Source: Candidatus Bilamarchaeaceae archaeon (GTDB lineage: Archaea; Micrarchaeota; Micrarchaeia; Anstonellales; Bilamarchaeaceae). Taken from it: a stretch of DNA of 39,429 bases. Shown piece after piece: positions 10,623-17,891 of the stretch. Both the position numbers and the translations under genes were made by a program. The stretch is taken from assembly GCA_035290745.1 (NCBI GenBank), contig DATDTS010000070.1, forward strand, positions 1 through 39,429, given 5' to 3'. Each line of letters opens with the position of its first letter. The stretch's first letter is position 1. Below the pieces are notes generated by a model. That model saw nothing but the letters and a program-made list of their open reading frames with translations, made no database searches and was not told the DNA's origin.

Positions 10623-10775
10623 AGAGTCCTGTGGAGAAGTGAACGTAGTTCACCAAGATCCATGGGACGACGTATTATTTTTGGATTAGCAAAATCCCAT
10701 GGAGAAGTGAACGTAGTTCACCAAGATCCATGGGACGACGTATTATTTTTAGAGTAGAGAGTCCCTTGGAGAAAA
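10591..10775 (+). repeat. tandem repeat, period 67/68 bp, about 2.7 copies, starting inside the last 11 codons of aclA
   Basis: Copies start at 10591, 10658 and 10726 (ATCCATGGGACGAYGTATTATTTTT..). Each full unit carries an extended hairpin (10627-10667 and 10696-10734) with core GTGAAC-GTA-GTTCAC (10639-10653 and 10707-10721), followed by a T5 run. Confidence 0.9.
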
Positions 10776-10778
10776 ATT

Positions 10779-11963
10779 TTATTTCTTTGAATTCCTGATA
10801 GTCATGGCACCAACAAGCACTGTACTGAAAAAAATACTTGTAATAACAATCACAAGAATAAGTTCACTAAACATATTTGTATTTTCTATACCATATGCAT
10901 AAGGTATTTGAGCAAGTACTACTGAAGCTAGATCCTTTGAGCCTATTGCAGCAATGAAGGCAGCATTTTTGAAAAGAGTAGTTTTGAATGTGCAAACAAT
11001 TGTGGAAAGAGCTCTAATAATAAATAGCAGCACTGTAATAACTATCCCTATTAATATTATATTAATATTGCTAATACCGGCTATCATTCCAAGATAAACA
11101 TAGAAAAATGTCCTTATAAAAAACGAGAATTCGTTATGTGTTTTTTTAAGTGTTTCATCATAAAAATACTTGTTCTGCTTGATTTTAAAAAACTCAAATA
11201 TTTGAAGACCGTTACTAAGAATAAGACCAAAAACAAGAACAGCTATGGCACCATTCCCATTGAATTTATCTGCAATTGAGTAAACAACAAAAAGCGTTGC
11301 AAGGGCAATCATATAACTAAACGGTTTTGCCCTTGTTTTCTTCAGAACTTTCATCCAAAAAACTGCAGCAATTAACCCAAACATAGTACCAACAAGAAAT
11401 TGGCTCAAGATTGTTCCACCAACTTTAAACAAATCATTGTCTCCAGTTGTGTAACCTATAACGAGAGAGATTGTTAGCACTATACATAAAATATCATTAG
11501 CTACTGCTTCAATTGAGATAAAGTTATAAACTCCTTCTCTAATCTTCATTCCTTCTATCATAGCAGCAGATGTTCCAGCTGCAATAGCACCGAAAATAGC
11601 ACCAACCATCAGGTCTACTCCAAAAATTAGGTTAAACAAAATTCCACAAACAAAAATTGATAAAACAACATTCAAGACACCAAAAATTAATGCCCTTGGA
11701 CTACTTTTAAGAATCTTGAAGAGGTTCATATTAAGCCCACCTTCAAAAAGGATAAACATAAGAGCTATTGGCGCAAAGATGGGTGTCATTTCAATTAACT
11801 GTTGCGGGTCAGAATAACCTGTAATAGGTCCTATCATCAAACCAAGCAAAACAAGTATAAGAACAGACGGTATCTTCGTTTTTCTGTATAGTTCCTCACT
11901 TAAAAAACCTATAAATATTATAGTACCTATAAGTGCAAATGTGTTTGTGACTGTGTCTAGCAT
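10779..11963 (-). CDS. cation/proton antiporter (CPA1/CPA2-like Na+/H+ exchanger)
   Basis: About 11-12 hydrophobic helices. The N-terminus FLSEELYRKTKIPSVLILVLLGLMIGP is typical of Na+(K+)/H+ exchanger family proteins. Confidence 0.75.
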   Translation of the reverse strand: MLDTVTNTFALIGTIIFIGFLSEELYRKTKIPSVLILVLLGLMIGPITGYSDPQQLIEMTPIFAPIALMFILFEGGLNMNLFKILKSSPRALIFGVLNVVLSIFVCGILFNLIFGVDLMVGAIFGAIAAGTSAAMIEGMKIREGVYNFISIEAVANDILCIVLTISLVIGYTTGDNDLFKVGGTILSQFLVGTMFGLIAAVFWMKVLKKTRAKPFSYMIALATLFVVYSIADKFNGNGAIAVLVFGLILSNGLQIFEFFKIKQNKYFYDETLKKTHNEFSFFIRTFFYVYLGMIAGISNINIILIGIVITVLLFIIRALSTIVCTFKTTLFKNAAFIAAIGSKDLASVVLAQIPYAYGIENTNMFSELILVIVITSIFFSTVLVGAMTIRNSKK

Positions 11964-12041
11964 AGAACTATTGAAAGTTTTACATTTAAATGGTTTCTTA
12001 TCTGTTTATTTTTAGAGAATAGAATAAAAATAAAATTAAAG

Positions 12042-12061
12042 AAGATCAGCGTGCTGATCTT
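12042..12061 (-). terminator. hairpin plus T-rich tract downstream of rps7
   Basis: AAGATCAG-CGTG-CTGATCTT, a perfect 8-bp stem, lies 31 nt after the rps7 stop. On the minus strand it is followed by TTTTATTTTTATT. Confidence 0.4.
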
Positions 12062-12091
12062 TCATTGAATAGGTTCAATTCTCGTTCAGCT

Positions 12092-12697
12092 CTAACGGGC
12101 ACTTCTTGCCATTCTTTCAGTTTCATCTCTCTTTTTCATTGCATAAGAAGTTTGAGCATCTCCATTTGCTGTATTAATAATCTCAGCTGCCAACGCTTCT
12201 GAAATTGGTTTTGGTTTGTTAAAAGATCCCATAATTGCTGCAAGAGCCATGTTTCTTAGTGCCATATCAAGCCTTCTAGTTGCTGAAATATCAACAGCAA
12301 TTTGGTAGCTCACACCACCGTGTGAAACTCTAGTTGTATCCTCACGAGGTGCAGAGTTCTCAAGTGCATTAATAAGAACCTGTACTGGATTTTTCTTAGT
12401 TTGTTTCTCAACTGAATCAAAAGCCTCTTCTACAATTCTTAGTGCTTTTAATTTTTTCCCTTGAAGTTGGCCATGTGTTCTTATGATTTTACCAGATGTT
12501 TTTTCACCTGTTCCTCCCCTCATAAGTTTGTTGGCTAGTCTTTCTACAACATTAACATCTATTTTTCCTAGTGCTCTTTTTTTATGCCTTCCTGAGGTAT
12601 GAGGTACAAACATTTGTTTTAATGAAACTACTTGAGCAAGACCCTTGTCTTTTATCTCAATATTTGTTAATTCATATTTTCCGAATAATTTAGACAT
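12092..12697 (-). CDS. rps7: 30S ribosomal protein S7 (uS7)
   Basis: Family-typical sequence (VERLANKLMRGG, GKKLKALRIVEEAF, SYQIAVDIS..RR). The ATG at 12697 sits just after the rps12 stop. The longer track ORF (to 12730) would overlap rps12. Confidence 0.9.
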   Translation of the reverse strand: MSKLFGKYELTNIEIKDKGLAQVVSLKQMFVPHTSGRHKKRALGKIDVNVVERLANKLMRGGTGEKTSGKIIRTHGQLQGKKLKALRIVEEAFDSVEKQTKKNPVQVLINALENSAPREDTTRVSHGGVSYQIAVDISATRRLDMALRNMALAAIMGSFNKPKPISEALAAEIINTANGDAQTSYAMKKRDETERMARSAR

Positions 12698-12701
12698 ACG
12701 A

Positions 12702-13139
12702 TCATCTCTTTCCCTTTTCTTTCTTTCCACGTCTTAGTGCTTGTAAGTCAACACCATTTACTTTTTCAACCTTGTATCTAACACCAGGTATAGAACCCAT
12801 TTGTCCTCTTTGGGAACCTCCTAGTCCAGATATAATAATTTCATCATGTTCTTCAATGAATGAAATTGCTTTGTTTCTTGGTGCATGTACTGTTACAATT
12901 TTTCCATTCTTAGTCAATTGTGCTTTTACACATTTAATTAATCCTGAATGAGGCTGCTTTTGCTCTAATTGAATCTTTTCAAGTACAATTGCTTTTGCTT
13001 GTGGAGCACCTTGTAATGGATCAAACCTTTCTTTTAAATTAAGCTTCTTTCTCTTCCATCGTTTAGACAACCAGCGTCCTTTTTTTCTTCCGCTTTTTTT
13101 ATTTCTTCCTGCGTATTCTCCATTTGCTCCTTTACCCAT
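12702..13139 (-). CDS. rps12: 30S ribosomal protein S12 (uS12)
   Basis: Motifs DPLQGAPQAKAIVLEK, KNGKIVTVHAP and IPGVRYKVEKVNGV. ATG at 13139 (MGKGANGEY..) preferred. The track start at 13166 is also possible. Confidence 0.9.
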   Translation of the reverse strand: MGKGANGEYAGRNKKSGRKKGRWLSKRWKRKKLNLKERFDPLQGAPQAKAIVLEKIQLEQKQPHSGLIKCVKAQLTKNGKIVTVHAPRNKAISFIEEHDEIIISGLGGSQRGQMGSIPGVRYKVEKVNGVDLQALRRGKKEKGKR

Positions 13140-13203
13140 ATAACTATCACCGTATTTAATAAACATTAAGGAATCCTATTTTTAGGGGAAGGATTTATAA
13201 AGA

Positions 13204-13824
13204 TTAGTTCCCGAGCCCAGCAACACTGTTAAGCAAAATAACCCCAAATAGTAATATCTCAAGAATCCCGAATATAATGACTATCAACTTTAAAGTTGAA
13301 AATACATCCTGGCTTGTTTTTTTTGCACCTACAATGACTTCCTTTTGTTGTGTTATTTGGTTCTGTACTTCCTTCAAATCATTCTTAATTTTTAATATTC
13401 CGTCTTTATGTTCATCAAAATCCAGGTTGTTTATAGAAGCACCAGTATCCCTTAAAGATTCGCCAGCATTGACTAACGACTCGCCATTTGCTCCAAAACT
13501 AATTGTTTCAAGTAGACTACCAAATGTTTTGATCTCACTGCCAGTTGTTATTATGGCATCTCCAAGGCCATCAAGACTTTTATCAATTTCATCAACTGTT
13601 TTGTTAAGGCTTGAAACTTCATCAATTACAGTTCCAATTCCAGATTCAACCTCACTTACTATCTGGCCTGTTTGTTCTATTTGTGTAATCGCCTGCTTTT
13701 CTATAACATCCATTACATTGTAAGCCAATACCATTATAATTAAAGTTCCAAGAATCCCGATTAATGAAACTCCAACAGAAACATAATAAAGATAGTCTTT
13801 AACCTTTTTCAGGAAGTCTTCCAT
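13204..13824 (-). CDS. membrane-anchored coiled-coil protein, hypothetical
   Basis: N- and C-terminal hydrophobic helices flank a long Ser/Thr/Glu-rich helical region. Same strand as rps12, directly upstream of it. Confidence 0.5.
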   Translation of the reverse strand: MEDFLKKVKDYLYYVSVGVSLIGILGTLIIMVLAYNVMDVIEKQAITQIEQTGQIVSEVESGIGTVIDEVSSLNKTVDEIDKSLDGLGDAIITTGSEIKTFGSLLETISFGANGESLVNAGESLRDTGASINNLDFDEHKDGILKIKNDLKEVQNQITQQKEVIVGAKKTSQDVFSTLKLIVIIFGILEILLFGVILLNSVAGLGN

Positions 13825-13858
13825 TACCTATTCTTTTTCTTATACTTTTATAAAGAAT

Positions 13859-14686
13859 ATGTTTGTACTATATTTTATGGATTTGAATTTTTATATACTA
13901 TTTGTAACCTTAGCGGCAATTGTTTATTCTCTTGTCATCCGAGCTATCCAGTTCAAATATGTTGACCAAACAAAATCTAAAGAGCTTCAGGAAAAGTCAA
14001 GAAAACTTAATGAAGAACTAAAAGAAGCAAGCAAAAAAAATGACCAGAAAAAAATAGATGAAATAATGAAAAAACAAATGGCGCTTATTGGCGAAATGAA
14101 CAAGGTTATGTTCTCAAGTTTTAAGACAATGATTCCAATAATTGCAGTGTTTTTGATTTTTACAGGCATTCTTGGATATTTTGATCCTACAACTTCTGAT
14201 GATATCCTCCTGCACCCTAAGGATGACGGAAATGGCTGCGATAAAACTGCTGGAGATAAGACATATTCATTATGTGAACCTATTAATGGGACTAAAGGCG
14301 AATGGATTCTGACTGCTAGTGTTCTAAATGGAAAAGATTTTTTAGGAAATGATCAGGTTATTGCAGAGAACAGCCATACTTTCTTTTTGGGGGAAGTTGG
14401 AGAAAAAACTTATGTAAAGGGATCTAAGGGTGAAGATTTACAGTTAAATGGCATAAAAGATCAATATGACGATAATGAAAAATTAGAACTTTTTATACCA
14501 ACAAACATGGGAACCCCAAAAGTTACTCTTAACAGCGGAACTTGGTTTTATGTTGATTTGCCAGTTGCTATTCCTTTGCTTAACATACAAAGAATTAGCG
14601 AAGTCTACTGGTGGTTTATCTTTGTCGCATTTATCTCTGGTATTATAAGTTCTATGATCTATAAAAAATTTATAAAGGTGGGTTAA
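13859..14686 (+). CDS. candidate archaeal YidC/Oxa1-like insertase (DUF106/EMC3-TMCO1-like) with a large inserted loop
   Basis: TM1 is followed by the characteristic Lys/Glu-rich coiled coil (KELQEKSRKLNEELKEASKKNDQKKIDEIMKKQMALIGEMNK), then TM2 and a final TM. About 130 extra residues lie between TM2 and the last TM. Confidence 0.45.
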   Translation: MFVLYFMDLNFYILFVTLAAIVYSLVIRAIQFKYVDQTKSKELQEKSRKLNEELKEASKKNDQKKIDEIMKKQMALIGEMNKVMFSSFKTMIPIIAVFLIFTGILGYFDPTTSDDILLHPKDDGNGCDKTAGDKTYSLCEPINGTKGEWILTASVLNGKDFLGNDQVIAENSHTFFLGEVGEKTYVKGSKGEDLQLNGIKDQYDDNEKLELFIPTNMGTPKVTLNSGTWFYVDLPVAIPLLNIQRISEVYWWFIFVAFISGIISSMIYKKFIKVG

Positions 14687-14747
14687 TGATTATCGCTATC
14701 AATTTGAATTACATTCAAATCTTGCAATTTTGTGAGGTGCCAAATAT

Positions 14748-15266
14748 ATGAAAATTGCAATCACTGGATTAACTGCAAGCGGAAAAAATACATTAGCAGA
14801 GCTTGTTGCAAAAGAATTATCATACAAATTAGTAGAGCCAACATTCAAGGATTTGGCGAAAGAGGAAGGAATCTCTTTAATGGAATTCCAAAAAAAAGCT
14901 GAGAAGGACCATAATATTGATAAAAAATTTGACGACCTTCTAAAAAAGCAGGTATCAAAAGGAAATTGTGTGGTCTCTACATGGTTAGGTCCATGGATTG
15001 TTAATCCAGACATTACCATTCAATTGTTTGCTCCATTAGACATAAGGGCAATGAGAGTATCAAAAAGAGATAAAATGCCTTTAGACAAAGCAAAGAAACA
15101 TGTTCAAGAGAGAGATAATTCAAATAGGAAAAGATATCTTGATGTTTATAATATTGATATTTTTGACACTTCAAGTTTTGACGCTTGTCTCTCAAGCCAC
15201 AAATATACTCCTGAAAAATTAAAAGAAATTGTATTGCAAATAATTAAAACAAATAAAAAAATTTAG
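14748..15266 (+). CDS. cmk: cytidylate (CMP) kinase, archaeal type
   Basis: MKIAITGLTASGKNT P-loop. Motifs FKDLAKEEGISLMEFQKKAEKD..IDKKFD and RDNSNRKRYLDVYNIDI. The 172-aa length is typical of archaeal Cmk. Confidence 0.8.
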   Translation: MKIAITGLTASGKNTLAELVAKELSYKLVEPTFKDLAKEEGISLMEFQKKAEKDHNIDKKFDDLLKKQVSKGNCVVSTWLGPWIVNPDITIQLFAPLDIRAMRVSKRDKMPLDKAKKHVQERDNSNRKRYLDVYNIDIFDTSSFDACLSSHKYTPEKLKEIVLQIIKTNKKI

Positions 15267-15276
15267 GTTTTTTTCT

Positions 15277-16110
15277 ATGCCCTTGGACGGATTTTTAATA
15301 ATCGACAAACCCCCTAAGGTTATTTCGCATGAACTTACTACCTGGTTAAAAAAATTATTGAAAGTTAAAACGGGTCATGCTGGAACTCTTGATCCGGATG
15401 TTACTGGTGTTTTCCCGGTTGCATTAGGCAAATCGACAAAACTTCTCCAATATATTTCTTCGAATGATAAGACCTATATCGGAATTATAAAATTCAAGAA
15501 TAAACAAATCGATGATTCTGAAATTAAAAATCTATTTAGTGAGTTTACTGGGAAAATTTGGCAGGTTCCACCTACAATGAGTGCAGTAAAAAAAGTTAAG
15601 CGAAAAAGAACTGTTTATTCGCTCGATTTTCTTGAAAGAGACGGACCATTTGTTTTATTTAAAACTAAAGTTGAAGCTGGGACTTATATTCGAACCTTAT
15701 GCGAAGATATTGGAAAAAAATGTGGAGGAGCTAGAATGGAGGAACTAAGAAGAATTGCTGTTGGTGATATAAATGAAAAACAAGCAATAAAACTCCACAA
15801 ACTTGTTGATTTTTGTAAATCAGGTAAACTACAAGAGATAATCATCCCACCAGATTCTCTTATAAAATTTCCTAAAGTTGAGATAAATAAGCACACGATC
15901 GAACCTCTTCTAAATGGTGCTACTATAACTAAATATGGAATAGTGAAGTGTGAACGTTTTGGAGTTGAAGAACTAGTTTCAGTTTATTACAACAATACAT
16001 TTGTTGGAGTTGGGTTATCCTTAGTAAGATCAAAAGAAATAGACACAATGAAAAGTGGTTTTGTAATTAAAATGAAAAGAACACATGCTACTAAATCTCA
16101 ACTACTTTAA
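15277..16110 (+). CDS. cbf5: tRNA/rRNA pseudouridine synthase Cbf5/TruB with C-terminal PUA-like domain
   Basis: Catalytic motif GHAGTLDPDVTGVFPV. Also QVPP..SAVK and GTYIRTLCEDIG. Confidence 0.85.
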   Translation: MPLDGFLIIDKPPKVISHELTTWLKKLLKVKTGHAGTLDPDVTGVFPVALGKSTKLLQYISSNDKTYIGIIKFKNKQIDDSEIKNLFSEFTGKIWQVPPTMSAVKKVKRKRTVYSLDFLERDGPFVLFKTKVEAGTYIRTLCEDIGKKCGGARMEELRRIAVGDINEKQAIKLHKLVDFCKSGKLQEIIIPPDSLIKFPKVEINKHTIEPLLNGATITKYGIVKCERFGVEELVSVYYNNTFVGVGLSLVRSKEIDTMKSGFVIKMKRTHATKSQLL

Positions 16111-17251
16111 TTTTTTCCAGAGTTTTTCTAACAACCTCTTCAATACCTATTCTTTCTTCAATCATTTTTATTTGTTCTAATCTAGCTTTGGTAGCTGGGT
16201 GTTTTACTGCAACTAATGAGCAACAATCCTTGTATTCTTCAATTGAAGCGTCGAATGTCCCTACTTTTTGTGCCAGTTCCATAATTTCTTGTTTGTCATA
16301 AGTTGCAAGTGGCCGGTATACTGGTACACTGAAAGCCTCATCAACACAATATAAATTTTCTAAAGTTTGTGATGCAACTTGTGCAATACTATCACCCGTA
16401 ACAACCCCTAGCGCCCCTTCTTCTTTACATAACTTATTTGCAACATTTGCTATAAATCTTCTAAACAAAACAAGTTCAAGTTTAGGTGGGACTTCGAATG
16501 TTTTTTCTTGAAAATCCTGATAGGATACAATATATAAACTGATTTTGTAAGGATGAAATTCTTTCAATATTTTTATTAATTTAACTATTTTTGAATTCAA
16601 AACATCATCATTTCTTGGATAATTATGTATATGTAAAAAATTTACCTCGCACCCTCTTTTCATCATAAGCCAACTTGAAACTGGAGAGTCTATCCCTCCG
16701 GAAAATAAAGATAAAATCTTACCGCTTGATTTTACCGGCATTCCACCAAGGCCTTTTATTTTTTCAAATGAAACTATTATTTTATCATTTAATATCTCTA
16801 CAAATATCTTTTTTTCAGGTTTTTTTAAATCTATTTCGATTCCGTTTGCTTCAAGCTCCTTACCTATTTTTTTATTTACATCAAGCGAGGTTGCTTGAAA
16901 CTTTTTGTCCGATCTCTTAGTATCAATTTTAACTTTTTTGCCATTCAAATGTTCTTTTGCATAATCCAAAATAAGCTTTGTCACCTTTTCTAAATCTTTT
17001 TCAATTACATAAGCAAAAGAGAACCAGCTAATACCAAAAACCTTATTTAGCTTTTTTTCTATCTCTTCCTTATTGCTTTTTTCATTTAAGTAAATAATTA
17101 TTCTTGTTTCTTTTCTTTCTATTTTCTCGTATTCTATTCCATCTAAAGCCGTTTCTATATTATACTTTAACCTATTCTCAAAACTAGCCTTATTCTTTCC
17201 TTTTAATGACAATTCTCCATAATGTACGTTAAATATTTCCATAATAATCAA
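16091..17251 (-). CDS. thiI: tRNA 4-thiouridine synthase ThiI (THUMP plus PP-loop ATPase)
   Basis: PP-loop SGGIDSPV with an N-terminal THUMP-like region. ATGs at 17251 and 17242 are both possible. The 3' end overlaps cbf5 convergently by 20 nt. Confidence 0.85.
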   Translation of the reverse strand: MIIMEIFNVHYGELSLKGKNKASFENRLKYNIETALDGIEYEKIERKETRIIIYLNEKSNKEEIEKKLNKVFGISWFSFAYVIEKDLEKVTKLILDYAKEHLNGKKVKIDTKRSDKKFQATSLDVNKKIGKELEANGIEIDLKKPEKKIFVEILNDKIIVSFEKIKGLGGMPVKSSGKILSLFSGGIDSPVSSWLMMKRGCEVNFLHIHNYPRNDDVLNSKIVKLIKILKEFHPYKISLYIVSYQDFQEKTFEVPPKLELVLFRRFIANVANKLCKEEGALGVVTGDSIAQVASQTLENLYCVDEAFSVPVYRPLATYDKQEIMELAQKVGTFDASIEEYKDCCSLVAVKHPATKARLEQIKMIEERIGIEEVVRKTLEKIKVVEI

Positions 17252-17257
17252 TTAATA

Positions 17258-17365
17258 AATTAAAAACGCTGAGGGCCAGATCGGAACCGCAGGGGGACAC
17301 CCCCTTCAGTTTGACGCTCTTCCTGATTTCCCCGACTTTTGAATTAAAAACGCTGAGGGCCAGAT
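17258..17365 (-). repeat. direct duplication (24/24 nt, 84-nt spacing) of the tRNA 3' exon plus oligo-T terminator
   Basis: AATTAAAAACGCTGAGGGCCAGAT occurs at 17258-17281 and again at 17342-17365. On the minus strand each copy reads AUCUGGC-CCUCAGC-G-UUUUUAAUU. Confidence 0.9.
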
Positions 17366-17644
17366 TTTCAACATTGCACCTCTTGGTTGCAAGGGGTGCG
17401 GGGCCCGCTGGGGTCCTGCTTTGAACTGGCGATCCTTTCGGACACGCTTCCCGAACCGCTGGGAAACTACGTTTCCCCTCGGTTTGAGGTTCCCGATGGA
17501 ATTCCATTCCATGGGCCCATTGAACACGGTTCAATTGGGCTTCCTGATCCCCTTCCTTTTGGGATTCAGAAAAAGTTCCAGGCCTACGCTTCTAATTGAA
17601 GATTCAATTAAAATGTGCGCACTACCAGGTTATGCGACCTCAGC
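17351..17644 (-). tRNA. interrupted class II tRNA gene, best reading tRNA-Ser(GGA), 294-nt locus with at least two long insertions
   Basis: Minus strand. The acceptor stem GCUGAGG (17644-17638) pairs 7/7 with CCUCAGC (17358-17352). Discriminator G at 17351 is followed by U5. U8 is present. The D arm is canonical: GCAU-AACCUGGUA-GUGC (17635-17619). The T stem GCCAG (17430-17426) is followed by UUCAAA, then a 55-nt insertion, then U-CUGGC (17364-17359). The only canonical anticodon arm is AUGGA-AUGGAAU-UCCAU (17512-17496), with anticodon at 17505-17503. The variable-arm region is unresolved. Confidence 0.5.
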
Positions 17645-17655
17645 GAATGAAATGA

Positions 17656-17694
17656 GCTGAGGGAATTGAACAAGCAGTTCAATAAGACCTCAGC
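17656..17694 (-). other. 39-nt leader minihelix copying the acceptor strands of the downstream tRNA
   Basis: The minus strand reads GCUGAGG-UCUU-AUUGAAC-UGCUU-GUUCAAU-UC-CCUCAGC. An 11-nt spacer UCAUUUCAUUC (17655-17645) follows, then tRNA position 1 at 17644. Confidence 0.6.
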
Positions 17695-17891
17695 ATGAAC
17701 TTTCATTAGTCTGCACCTATGCTAAAGTTCAATCAAACTTCCAAGGGCAAGACTAATAAAAAACTCCCTAAGCAAAGAGAGTTTAATCAAAAGTGAGGAA
17801 AAACGTTTTTAATATGCTTGTTTTTCTTCTACATCCAAAAGTTACATAATCTATTTAATCCTTATCAATGAAATACCTTAAGTTGAATCTT

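Noticed and set aside
10591-10775. CRISPR array
   Set aside because: There are only about 2.7 units. The would-be spacers are themselves homologous between units. One unit is part of the aclA coding sequence. No cas genes are nearby. This is a tandem duplication, not a CRISPR array.
13277-13723. 148-aa ORF antisense to the membrane coiled-coil gene, and similar antisense ORFs (14699..15019, 26411..26722, 26118..26342, 1891..2217)
   Set aside because: All lie fully inside better-supported genes on the other strand. All have low-complexity products and no ribosome-binding site context.
17229-17660. Four overlapping track ORFs (17229..17534 -, 17306..17527 -, 17387..17599 +, 17421..17660 +)
   Set aside because: They overlap each other on both strands inside a hairpin-dense GC-rich block. 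Their products are Pro/Gly/Arg-rich with no motifs. This is typical of spurious ORFs over a structural RNA.
17255-17760. RNase P RNA or SRP (7S) RNA as the explanation for the GC-rich structured block
   Set aside because: I found CR-I-like strings: AAAGUCGGGG on the minus strand near 17325-17335 and AAAAAGUUCCAGGCC on the plus strand near 17568-17585. There is no convincing CR-V/P4 partner in the right order or at the right distance. There is no SRP helix-8 GNAR/AGCA motif. The 5' and 3' regions do not form the long rod expected for SRP RNA. The tRNA reading (acceptor, D arm, split T arm, G73 plus U5) explains more. A covariance-model scan is still needed to settle this.
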